Source of the DNA: Eubacteriales bacterium
GTDB lineage: Bacteria > Bacillota > Clostridia > Lachnospirales > JAKSVV01
Length of the DNA: 60,276 nt
Assembly: GCA_031549455.1 (NCBI GenBank)
Contig: JAVBPT010000007.1
Coordinates: 1-60,276 of the forward strand
Reading direction: 5' to 3'
Position 1 is the stretch's first letter. Each line of letters begins with the position of its first letter. A program made the position numbers and the translations under genes. Shown in pieces: positions 1-9,159 of this stretch. The notes below the pieces were generated by a model, which saw only the letters and a program-made list of their open reading frames with translations, was not told the DNA's origin and made no database searches.

Positions 1-3000
1 GATATGATAAGAACATCAGACACAGTGTATTATTATGATTATACAGTAGTGGGAGGAAGCACAGGAACAGCAACAATTACAATTAGTGGAGGGCAAGATG
101 TTGCTGGGAATATAATGACAAATACCACCACCACTTTTGATACATTACTCACGGCGAGCATCTTTTTGGGGTATGAAGAAATGACCTATGGAGAGCAGAT
201 TGCGGTTGTGCAATTTTCTGGTCCTCCAACGGTTGAACCCAAGGTCAGCTTTAAGCAGGCAGGAACAAACCTTGGAAAGACATATGATTTTTCCGATGAA
301 GCAGTAAGGATGGGGACTGGAGATAATAGGAGTTATAGGACAACCATGCCAGGAGATGATAGTACCTATACTTGTATCTTCAATGTGATGAATGACAACA
401 ATGGAACTTATAAAGACGGAGTAGCCACAGTAACTGCTACAATTGGAAGCACCACGATGGCAATCTCTAACTTTAATGTAGTGACAGTGAAGCTCCCAAA
501 GATACCAGACGGATTTTATAAGAAGATCGAGGTAGGAACCAACACGGTAAGAGAAGGATATGTGATTACAGATAATCCAACAGGAGGAGATGGAGGCAAT
601 GAATTTGTCTTTATTCCGGCCAATGGATATGATAATGGAGGCTTTTGGATTGGACGTTTTGAGGCATCGGGAGAAGGAGAAGTAGGAAGCTATACTGGCA
701 AGGCACAAAGTAAGAGAGAAACTTGGGCATGGACAGGGGTCGGAGTGAATATGGCTGCGATAAGCCTTTATGCAACGGAGACTAGCGGTGAAGTAGAAGG
801 CAGACCTGTGACCGATATGGAATGGGATCTCATTTGTAAATTTTTATCGGAAGAAAAAGGGGACAACCTGATCTATACAGATAGTAGGAGTTGGAGTAAT
901 AACAGTTCTCAGGGGGTTAATTCGGCTGTTGTATCCGGAAGTAATGAGCAATGGAAAGCCAAAAACATATATGACCTGGCTGGAAATGCCGGAGAGTATA
1001 ACTATGCAGGGCTGAATTCATCTCCTTGGGGAAGAGGGGGTTCTTCGAGGTCCACCTCACTTTATGTTGCTTCAAGGAGCACAGGGAGTACTTATCAGAC
1101 AGGGTTTCGTATAGCATTATTTTATAAGCAGAACACTTCTAGCATTCCGGTGCCGAATGGTTACACACATATCGAGGGGGATATCAATACCGGATATGTG
1201 ATAAAGGACGATATGACTGGAGATGAGTTTATATGGATTCCCAATTCGGCGTATGAGAAAGGTGGCTTTTATATTGCAAGATATGAAGCCGGTTTGAGTG
1301 GTACCCGAAAAGGAACAAAGGCAGTCAGTAAGGCAGGTGCTCCGACATCTGGCATGAATTATTACGAAGCGATGATTTATGCCAATCGACTTGCGCGGGG
1401 GAAGGGGGATGTCTATAGTAGAATACCAAGTGATGCTGAATGGCAAAGCGTACTGAAATATATATTGAATGGGTATCCCGATGACGTACTCACATCTGGA
1501 ACGATGGGAAACAAAGTGTGGGCAAATAGTGTAACCCTAGGAAGATATAGTGTCGTTTATGGGACAGCTAACATAGGAGACACAGGAGACACGGGCTATG
1601 ATGTGAAGAATATTTATGACTTTTTTGGCAACTTAGCGGAATGGACACATGACTGGCAAAAAAGAGAAACCGGAGTCAATGTTTGGATGAGGGACGATAA
1701 TAAGGATACTTCATACAGGACACCGGCGTATAGAGGCAGTAAAGCCGCCGTCTCTAAAGAGGAGACGTATGGTTTTAGGCCGGTGCTTCTCTTTAAAGAA
1801 GAAGTGATGGCAGCTGAACCCCTAAGCATAGAAGCTATTTACATCGCATCCAGTAATAAAAATCCTGCTTATGCAAAACCGGGAGATACGGTGACGCTAA
1901 GCTTCAGGTTGAATAAAGAAATAGGGGGGACACCTTATGTAACAATGAATGAAACTCCTATTTCATTTGATAAAGAGGGGCTGACTTATACTGCCAGAAT
2001 CGTGATGGAAAGCGGTGACACGGATGGCGTAATACCATTTACAATAGAGGCGACGGATGGGGCGACGACAGTAAATAAAAGCGCAACGACCAATGGAAAA
2101 ACTGTGACCTTTGACAAGACATTACCATCGGTTACAAGTGTTGTGTATAGCCCTACAGGAACCTATACTGCGGGCACAAAAGTAACAATCACAGTGAATT
2201 TCAATAAAGAGATAGAGGAGGGTACGCCAAGAATTGAGTTTAGTGGCGCAGCATCCTTGAAAGCAAACTTGACGAAGCAAGATGCCAAGAAATATATTTA
2301 TGTATACACGATTCCAACAAAAGAGATTGTATCAGGGGTTGTAAGCGTAAAGGTTGCAAGTGCAAAAGATCTACTTGGCAATATTATAAATGATTATACT
2401 GCAAACTCTTTTACAATCACATCCACTGCAGAGTCCGCTTCTGGTATATTTTATCAGTATGATGAGATGACATTTGGGGACCAAAACATTTTGCTTCGAT
2501 TTGCAACTTCAAAGACAGCCCCTAATAAACCGGTGGTGTATATTACCCAACAAGGAACAGGGATGACTGAGGTGGTTAACTTTAATGACTCACCATTGCC
2601 AGATTTTGCGTATGCTGTGGATTCCAGCAATTATATGCTTAACTATAAGGTGAAGACCCATGGTTATGGGGGATATGAGGATGGGATTTGTACAGTGGTT
2701 GCGGTGGCAGGAACGGGAGGCGGAATAGAGGTTCTACGCTCAACCTTTACAATCAATACAAATACACTACCACCTTTACCAAGTGGGTATGTTGAGAGGA
2801 ATATACCTAACAATACGATTGTCAATGGGTATGTGATTACAGATCAACAAGATGGAGAGGGAGGAGGAAATGAGTTCGTTTGGGTTCCGGCGACGGAATA
2901 TAAAAACGGTGGCTTTTGGGCAGGCAGATATGAAGCATCCGGGACGGGGACTTACAGCACCTCAGGTAATCCAAGGTATACAGGAGAGGCGCAAAGCAAG

Positions 3001-4155
3001 CAAGGGTTTATGCCATGGGTTTGGCTAGTTACTGCAGACGCCAGAAAAAAAGTGGCAGAATTTAAAACGGATGATCCGGAGGTATACAGCCGGCTGATGA
3101 CGGATTATGAGTGGAAAAGAATTTGTAGGTTCATATCAGAAGAGAAGGGAGAATACAAAGTCTACGAGGATAGTAATACATGGGCGAACACAAGTAAAAC
3201 GGGGGGAGTAGTTACTGCTACTGGGAACAATGAGCACTGGAAAGCCAAAAATTTATACAACATTGGTGGAAATGTATCCGAATTAACGTATGCGGGCTAT
3301 AAAAGTAATACATTTTATACTGGCTCCACTGCAATCATGACGCTTAACTTACCAGCCGCTGCTAGTAACTCTTCTGTTAGTAGATCAGACACGGTGGGAT
3401 TTCGAATTGCTCTATTTTATAAGGAAGAAATGCAGAGTTCAAACTTACCAGACTTGTCAGGCACCGGACTGCACGCAAGGAGCATAACAGACAATGATCT
3501 GGAACACGGTTATGTGGTAACGGATAATGCAGCAGGTGGTGCAGGTGGTAATGAGTTTGTGTGGATACCCAATGAGACATATAAAGGAGGAGGATTCTTT
3601 ATCGGCCGATATGAGGGAATCGTTTCTGGGGAAGGGGCCATTACGAAACAGAATCAAACTCCGAGTACGTCTAATTATTATATCACTCAAAGGGGGTCAA
3701 TCGGTTATGCAAGGCAGCTATCTGGAAATGCAAAGCTAAAAGGATCCTTATTAACCGGAAAGATGTGGCAGGATGTATTAGTCTACTTGGCAGAGGGCTG
3801 GGTGGGAGACCCGAGTGACGGAAGTGCATTTAATAGTACAAAGTGGCCTGCCTCTGGAACGGGAAGTTTATCATATACGGTATGGCAGGACAGTACGTCC
3901 TGGGGGAACTATTCTGCTGCACGGGCGAATACAGGGTCAAATGAGGCTCGGAAGATAAAAAATATCTACGACTTTGCAGGAAACTTGGCTGAGTGGACCC
4001 ATGAAATAGGGTATGGCTTGACGGTATATGCAAGGGGAGGGAATTTTACGAGTTTATCATCCGGGATTTATCCGGCTTCGTATAGAGCAACCTCCCTGGG
4101 AGGGAAGAGTTCATATACCATTTCGGGTTTCCGCGTGGCGCTTACGTATAAATAA
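1..4155 (+). CDS. Large surface protein (5'-truncated at the window edge) with Ig-like domains and four FGE-sulfatase/C-type-lectin-like domains
   Basis: Frame is open from base 1. Four repeats of G(N/D)EF(V/I)(W/F)xP...GGF(W/Y/F)x(G/A)R(F/Y)E...NxY(D/N)xxGNxxE...GFR, separated by T/V-rich beta-strand Ig-like segments. Confidence 0.75.
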   Translation, partial: DMIRTSDTVYYYDYTVVGGSTGTATITISGGQDVAGNIMTNTTTTFDTLLTASIFLGYEEMTYGEQIAVVQFSGPPTVEPKVSFKQAGTNLGKTYDFSDEAVRMGTGDNRSYRTTMPGDDSTYTCIFNVMNDNNGTYKDGVATVTATIGSTTMAISNFNVVTVKLPKIPDGFYKKIEVGTNTVREGYVITDNPTGGDGGNEFVFIPANGYDNGGFWIGRFEASGEGEVGSYTGKAQSKRETWAWTGVGVNMAAISLYATETSGEVEGRPVTDMEWDLICKFLSEEKGDNLIYTDSRSWSNNSSQGVNSAVVSGSNEQWKAKNIYDLAGNAGEYNYAGLNSSPWGRGGSSRSTSLYVASRSTGSTYQTGFRIALFYKQNTSSIPVPNGYTHIEGDINTGYVIKDDMTGDEFIWIPNSAYEKGGFYIARYEAGLSGTRKGTKAVSKAGAPTSGMNYYEAMIYANRLARGKGDVYSRIPSDAEWQSVLKYILNGYPDDVLTSGTMGNKVWANSVTLGRYSVVYGTANIGDTGDTGYDVKNIYDFFGNLAEWTHDWQKRETGVNVWMRDDNKDTSYRTPAYRGSKAAVSKEETYGFRPVLLFKEEVMAAEPLSIEAIYIASSNKNPAYAKPGDTVTLSFRLNKEIGGTPYVTMNETPISFDKEGLTYTARIVMESGDTDGVIPFTIEATDGATTVNKSATTNGKTVTFDKTLPSVTSVVYSPTGTYTAGTKVTITVNFNKEIEEGTPRIEFSGAASLKANLTKQDAKKYIYVYTIPTKEIVSGVVSVKVASAKDLLGNIINDYTANSFTITSTAESASGIFYQYDEMTFGDQNILLRFATSKTAPNKPVVYITQQGTGMTEVVNFNDSPLPDFAYAVDSSNYMLNYKVKTHGYGGYEDGICTVVAVAGTGGGIEVLRSTFTINTNTLPPLPSGYVERNIPNNTIVNGYVITDQQDGEGGGNEFVWVPATEYKNGGFWAGRYEASGTGTYSTSGNPRYTGEAQSKQGFMPWVWLVTADARKKVAEFKTDDPEVYSRLMTDYEWKRICRFISEEKGEYKVYEDSNTWANTSKTGGVVTATGNNEHWKAKNLYNIGGNVSELTYAGYKSNTFYTGSTAIMTLNLPAAASNSSVSRSDTVGFRIALFYKEEMQSSNLPDLSGTGLHARSITDNDLEHGYVVTDNAAGGAGGNEFVWIPNETYKGGGFFIGRYEGIVSGEGAITKQNQTPSTSNYYITQRGSIGYARQLSGNAKLKGSLLTGKMWQDVLVYLAEGWVGDPSDGSAFNSTKWPASGTGSLSYTVWQDSTSWGNYSAARANTGSNEARKIKNIYDFAGNLAEWTHEIGYGLTVYARGGNFTSLSSGIYPASYRATSLGGKSSYTISGFRVALTYK

Positions 4156-4176
4156 TGTTATTTTTAAAATAAAGAC

Positions 4177-4204
4177 TTGAAAACTGGAAATCATAGATTA
4201 TAAT
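4177..4204 (+). promoter_or_regulatory. Putative sigma-A promoter for the lipoprotein gene
   Basis: TTGAAA (4177-4182), 16-nt spacer, TATAAT (4199-4204). Confidence 0.45.
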
Positions 4205-4229
4205 GCATTTAATAATATTGGAGGATTTC

Positions 4230-4895
4230 ATGAAATTTAGATTTTTCATTCTCTTTCTTTTACTTTGTATCGTATTGACAGGTTGCGGAAAAAAGGAAAC
4301 GTTTGTCTATACCAACAACTTTGATGAGGGACCGGGTCCAATGAGTTCTGGATTGATTGGCGTTCCGAAGGGTTCTCTAGCCAGTGACTATGCACTCACC
4401 TTTCGATATGAGAACACACCGGACATTTATAAAGAATCTCATATGGCGGTCTTTCTATCCATGGATAACATTACAGAGAATGCGTTTCAGTATCTCTCCA
4501 GCCATATCACGACCTCGGATGGTCTAGAAGCCAATACAGAGTATGACGTGGTGATGACATTTGATCTCATCACAAACATGGGTGAGGCAGGAAAAAATGT
4601 CTATCTAAAAGCCGGGATTGTGAATGGACAGGTGGTGGAAGATTATGAAGCCGACATCAAGGTTTTTAACCTTGATAAAGGGAATGGGAGAGAAGGAGGT
4701 TCTGACCTAAAACTGCTAGGAACGATTGAGGCGAAAGATCCAGGCAAGCATGAAATCAAGAAACAAAAGTATCAAACCACTTTGAAAACAGATGAGGGCG
4801 CCCGTTTAAGTTATCTAATCGGGGTGGATTCCACCTATAAAGGTGTGAGCTCTTTTTACATCAACAACATTGAAATCAAGTTTTATAAAAAATAG
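4230..4895 (+). CDS. Lipoprotein of unknown function
   Basis: GGAGG RBS before ATG 4230. MKFRFFILFLLLCIVLTGC has a lipobox (LTG-C) followed by a beta-rich domain. Confidence 0.7.
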   Translation: MKFRFFILFLLLCIVLTGCGKKETFVYTNNFDEGPGPMSSGLIGVPKGSLASDYALTFRYENTPDIYKESHMAVFLSMDNITENAFQYLSSHITTSDGLEANTEYDVVMTFDLITNMGEAGKNVYLKAGIVNGQVVEDYEADIKVFNLDKGNGREGGSDLKLLGTIEAKDPGKHEIKKQKYQTTLKTDEGARLSYLIGVDSTYKGVSSFYINNIEIKFYKK

Positions 4896-4897
4896 GC

Positions 4898-4926
4898 TTG
4901 ATCTTAGAGAAAATATAGTATACAAT
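4898..4926 (+). promoter_or_regulatory. Sigma-A promoter of the leuS T-box leader
   Basis: TTGATC (4898-4903), 17-nt spacer, TACAAT (4921-4926), just upstream of the T-box stem I. Confidence 0.6.
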
Positions 4927-4939
4927 AGGCACATAATGA

Positions 4940-5130
4940 GTAATGAAAAAAAGTAGTAAGTAGAATAAACTTTAAGAGAGTTGCTGTTTGGTGAAAAGCA
5001 ATAGGGAATATACCGAACTTGTTTTGGAGCTTTGTAGCAATACACGCGAGTAGCGTTAAAAGAATGAGTTTAAAGTAAGGTGGTAACACGATAAGTCGTC
5101 CTTTATGCAGCAATGCATGGGCGACTTTTT
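4940..5130 (+). ncRNA. T-box riboswitch (Leu specifier CUU) upstream of leuS
   Basis: AGTA, AGAGAG and GGTGAAA stem-I motifs; GAA-CTT specifier at 5015-5020; T-box AAGGTGGTAACACG at 5077-5090; terminator AAGTCGTCC...GGGCGACTTTTT at 5093-5130. Confidence 0.9.
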
Positions 5131-5153
5131 AAATCCAAAATTTGAGGTGAAAA

Positions 5154-7559
5154 ATGAAAGAGTATGATTTTAGACAGGCAGAAAAAAAGTGGCAGAAAGA
5201 ATGGGAAAGACAAAATGTTTTTCACGCGGAAGATTTTTCAAAAAAGGAAAAATTTTATGGTTTGATTGAGTTCCCTTACCCCTCCGGGTCCGGGCTTCAT
5301 ATCGGACACATCAGAGCATACACTCCGCTTGAAGTTATTTCAAGAAAAAAGAGGCTCGAAGGGAGGAATGTTCTCTTTCCAATCGGTTGGGATGCATTTG
5401 GCCTTCCAACAGAAAACTATGCGATTAAAACAGGCATCCATCCCAGAAAGGTGACGGATGAAAACATCAAGATTTTTACAGAACAACTGAGGTCGATTGG
5501 CTATTCATTCGACTGGTCTCGGGAGCTTGATACTTCTGGCGAAGAGTACTATAAATGGACGCAGTGGATCTTTCTAAAGCTGTATGAAAAAGGTCTTGCT
5601 TATAAAGACCACACCTATGTAAACTTTTGTCCGGAGTGTAGAGTGGTACTCTCCAATGAAGAGTCACAAGGGGGTAAGTGCGACCGATGTGACAGCGACG
5701 TGGTACAAAAGGAAAAAGAGGTCTGGATGCTAAAGATTACGGACTATGCGGAGAAATTATTAGAAGGACTGGATGAGGTAAATTATATTCCAATGGTTCG
5801 CGTGTCGCAGGAGAACTGGATTGGGAAAAGTGCTGGGGCGGAGGTGAACTTTAAGCTGGAAGGGGAAGACACTAACCTTCGGGTGTTTACCACCAGGCCT
5901 GATACGCTGTTTGGAGCCACCTTTATGGTTATTGCGCCAGAGCATCCCATGATTGAACAGTTTAAAAACAGAATTCAAAACCTGACTGAGGTGGAACAGT
6001 ATAGAGAGCAAGCTAAAAAGAAAACGGAGTTTGAAAGGGTGGAACTGGCCAAAGAGAAAACAGGAATCGAGATAAAAGGAATCAAAGCAATAAATCCTGT
6101 GACCCAAGGAGAGATGCCGATCTGGGTAGCGGACTATGTGATGATGGGCTATGGAACCGGAGCCATTATGGCAGTTCCGGCACACGATACACGTGACTTT
6201 GAGTTTGCAACCAAATTTGATATTCCCATTGTACAGGTGATTCAAAAGGCTGGAGAGGAAGAGACGACGCTTCCATTTACAGAAGACGGCATCATGATCC
6301 ATTCGGATTTTCTAAATGGGATGGATGTCAAAAAGTCAAAAGAGGAAATGATCCAATATCTTGAAAAACAAAAGATGGGCACCCGAAAGATCAACTATAA
6401 GATGAAGGACTGGGCGTTCGCACGACAACGATATTGGGGAGAACCCGTGCCGATTATTCACTGCCCAGTCTGTGGAATGGTCGCTGTACCAGAAAAGGAC
6501 TTGCCCGTTACCCTTCCGGATGTGAAAAATTTTAAGCCGGGTGTGGACGGAGAGTCACCCCTTGCAGATATCCATGAATGGGTCAATGTAAAATGCCCAA
6601 AGTGTGGAATGGATGCAAAACGAGAAACCGACACCATGCCGCAGTGGGCAGGCTCTTCATGGTATTTCTTAAGATACATCGATCCACATAATCACGAAGA
6701 GTTGGGAGATAAAAAGAAACTCGACTACTGGATGAATGTGGATTGGTATAGTGGAGGAATGGAGCATGTGACAAGACACTTGATTTATTCTAGATTTTGG
6801 CATCGCTTCCTATATGATATCGGAGTGGTCAGTACACGTGAGCCCTACGCCAAAAGAACCGCGCATGGTTTGCTTCTGGGATCCGATGGAGAAAAAATGA
6901 GTAAGTCAAGAGGCAATGTGGTGAATCCGAATGAAATGGTAGAGACCTACGGGGCGGATGCATTCAGGCTTGCGATGTTATTCGTGGGAGACTATGAGAA
7001 TGCCATTGTATGGTCGGAGGACACCATAAGGGGAGCAAAAAGATTTTTGGAGCGAACCTTTAAGCTACTTGATCTAGTTGCTGAGGGAAAGGGGTACTCA
7101 AAAGAGTTAGAGGCCCCTATTCATAAAACCATCAAGGGTGTGTCAGAAGATTTAGAAAATGCAAAGTTTAACACCGCGATTGCAAAATTGATGACACTTA
7201 TTAATACGTTCTATGATCATAAAAAGATAACAAGAGAAGATCTTCTTACTTTTATCACACTCTTAAATCCAATCGCACCTCATATCACAGAGGAGATGTG
7301 GCAGGAGATGAACGGGAAGGGACTACTCGCATTGGGCACATGGCCAAGCTATGACCCAGCGAAACTTATTGAAAAAGAGATTGAAATTCCCATTCAGGTG
7401 AATGGGAAAGTGAAGGCGAAGATTGTGATCGCTATAGATGAGACGGAAGAAAGTGTACTTGAAAAGGCAAGAGAAAGTTTAAAAGGGATGGTGGATGTAA
7501 AGGAGATCGTCAAGCAGATTTATGTTCAAGGAAAGATCGTCAATATTGTAGCCAAATAG
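5154..7559 (+). CDS. leuS: Leucine--tRNA ligase
   Basis: FPYPSGSGLHIGH (HIGH), GWDAFGLP, FTTRPDT editing domain, RQRYWG, KMSKS; Leu T-box upstream. Confidence 0.97.
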   Translation: MKEYDFRQAEKKWQKEWERQNVFHAEDFSKKEKFYGLIEFPYPSGSGLHIGHIRAYTPLEVISRKKRLEGRNVLFPIGWDAFGLPTENYAIKTGIHPRKVTDENIKIFTEQLRSIGYSFDWSRELDTSGEEYYKWTQWIFLKLYEKGLAYKDHTYVNFCPECRVVLSNEESQGGKCDRCDSDVVQKEKEVWMLKITDYAEKLLEGLDEVNYIPMVRVSQENWIGKSAGAEVNFKLEGEDTNLRVFTTRPDTLFGATFMVIAPEHPMIEQFKNRIQNLTEVEQYREQAKKKTEFERVELAKEKTGIEIKGIKAINPVTQGEMPIWVADYVMMGYGTGAIMAVPAHDTRDFEFATKFDIPIVQVIQKAGEEETTLPFTEDGIMIHSDFLNGMDVKKSKEEMIQYLEKQKMGTRKINYKMKDWAFARQRYWGEPVPIIHCPVCGMVAVPEKDLPVTLPDVKNFKPGVDGESPLADIHEWVNVKCPKCGMDAKRETDTMPQWAGSSWYFLRYIDPHNHEELGDKKKLDYWMNVDWYSGGMEHVTRHLIYSRFWHRFLYDIGVVSTREPYAKRTAHGLLLGSDGEKMSKSRGNVVNPNEMVETYGADAFRLAMLFVGDYENAIVWSEDTIRGAKRFLERTFKLLDLVAEGKGYSKELEAPIHKTIKGVSEDLENAKFNTAIAKLMTLINTFYDHKKITREDLLTFITLLNPIAPHITEEMWQEMNGKGLLALGTWPSYDPAKLIEKEIEIPIQVNGKVKAKIVIAIDETEESVLEKARESLKGMVDVKEIVKQIYVQGKIVNIVAK

Positions 7560-7567
7560 GAGGGGAA

Positions 7568-7966
7568 ATGACAAATCAAGCACTTTTTGAAATCGCCAAA
7601 GAGGCGAGAAATTATGCAAGGTCTGGATACTGCCATTACAAAGTTGGGACAGCTCTGCTTTGTAAAAATGGGAAAGTATATAAGGGATGTAACATCGAAG
7701 CAAGAGATATTCCGAGCAATTCAAGCTGTGCAGAGAGATCTGCTTTTATTAGTGCTATCTCAAATGGGGAGACGGAGTTTGAAAAAATTATGGTGATTGG
7801 GGGTCCGGAAGATGGTGACTTAATCATGACTACCCCATGTGGTGTTTGTAGACAATACATTCTGGAAATGAACCCGGAGATGTTGGTTGTGATAAGTGAC
7901 GGGAATGCATATCAAGAATACATTGCAAAAGAGCTTTTACCCAGTACATATTATTTAAAAAACTAG
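7568..7966 (+). CDS. cdd: Cytidine deaminase (tetrameric type)
   Basis: GCNIE, CAERSA and PCGVCRQ zinc motifs; 132 aa. Confidence 0.85.
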   Translation: MTNQALFEIAKEARNYARSGYCHYKVGTALLCKNGKVYKGCNIEARDIPSNSSCAERSAFISAISNGETEFEKIMVIGGPEDGDLIMTTPCGVCRQYILEMNPEMLVVISDGNAYQEYIAKELLPSTYYLKN

Positions 7967-8033
7967 AAAAATTTATTTTCCACAAAAGTATTCCATATAG
8001 TCATATCTTGTCTTAAAATACAAAGTGGAGATT

Positions 8034-8070
8034 AAAAAGCCTGTAAGCATAAGTATTGACGGGCTTTTTT
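8034..8070 (+). terminator. Intrinsic terminator after leuS-cdd
   Basis: AAAAAGCCTGT...ACGGGCTTTTTT stem with U-tract. Confidence 0.7.
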
Positions 8071-8217
8071 GATGTTTTTTTTTTGTCAAAAATGGTTGTA
8101 TTTGTGAGTTGTTATGCTAAACTGTAATCAAAATTAAAAAAACATTTTTGCTATATATAAAAAATAAATTGTGACGAATAAAACTAGGTAAACAAAATAT
8201 TTTATTTGGAGGAGTGA

Positions 8218-9036
8218 ATGCTTTTTAACATCGCTACTGTTGGATTCAGTAAATTAGAAGATTCGAATAAACGTTTTACAGTGATCAATGATGTCATTAA
8301 TAACTACACCAAGATGGAGTACTATGACACGGATACTGAAAAAAAATACGTTGAAAATAAAAAGCAATATGGCAAAAATATTGGAATTATTGTGAGAGGT
8401 TTGCAACAAAATGATAAGATGACGGTCACAAACATTGTGCCTTATGCGGAGACAGCGAAGAAGATCAACGTGAAGGATGTAAGAATAGAGAGGGCAGAGT
8501 TAGAACTCCTTGCCAAACCAGTTGTGGAGAATGAGTATCACGTGACCATCACGGATATTCTCACCAACATGAAAATTACTTTCTATCTTCAAAATGTAAT
8601 TGACTATTTAAAAAACAATCAAAGAGTGCGATCCACTTTTAATCAGGTCAGCATCTCTGCTCTTGCCTACTCGGGCAAGATTGTGCTTCCAATCGCTTCA
8701 GAAGAAGAGGAATACGAGGAGATGTCGGGTGAGTATTGTTCGGCGGATGATGAGGTTGTGGATCGGATTTTAAAAGAAGGAACGATTCTAGAGGATATGG
8801 AACAATATTTTATACAGTCTCAGAAGATTGACGCGATTTATCACATTTTGGGGAAAATAATAGATGTAAAGAAAACCAATAACATCGAAACCAAGGAGAA
8901 GATCTATCTACTAGAAGTGGATGTGATGGGCATGAGTCTTGAGGTGTATGTAAATGAAAAGGAACTTGTGGGGATGCCAATTAAGGGAATGAGATTTATG
9001 GGGACTTGTTGGTTACAGGGAAGCATTCAGTTTTAA
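8218..9036 (+). CDS. DUF3881-family protein
   Basis: N-terminal ATVGFS, internal FYLQNVIDY and SALAYSGKIVLP, C-terminal G.P..G.RF.G..WLQG match my recollection of this clostridial family; GGAGG RBS. Confidence 0.7.
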   Translation: MLFNIATVGFSKLEDSNKRFTVINDVINNYTKMEYYDTDTEKKYVENKKQYGKNIGIIVRGLQQNDKMTVTNIVPYAETAKKINVKDVRIERAELELLAKPVVENEYHVTITDILTNMKITFYLQNVIDYLKNNQRVRSTFNQVSISALAYSGKIVLPIASEEEEYEEMSGEYCSADDEVVDRILKEGTILEDMEQYFIQSQKIDAIYHILGKIIDVKKTNNIETKEKIYLLEVDVMGMSLEVYVNEKELVGMPIKGMRFMGTCWLQGSIQF

Positions 9037-9051
9037 AATAAGAAAAACGAG

Positions 9052-9094
9052 AATACTTTCAATATTGAGTAGATCAATGTCGAAAGTATTTTTT
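9052..9094 (+). terminator. Intrinsic terminator-like hairpin
   Basis: AATACTTTCAATATTGA / TCAATGTCGAAAGTATT arms followed by a T-tract. Confidence 0.6.
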
Positions 9095-9159
9095 GCGATG
9101 GATATTTACTTTTTTAAAAAAACCATTATAATTTTATCTAAGATGGTGGAGAAAAAAGA

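Noticed and set aside
145-708. 187-aa minus-strand ORF and the many other short overlapping ORFs in the track (e.g. 5760-6302, 18428-18838, 22615-23073, 55632-56213)
   Set aside because: They lie antisense or out of frame within well-supported genes and have no recognisable motifs; treated as shadow ORFs.
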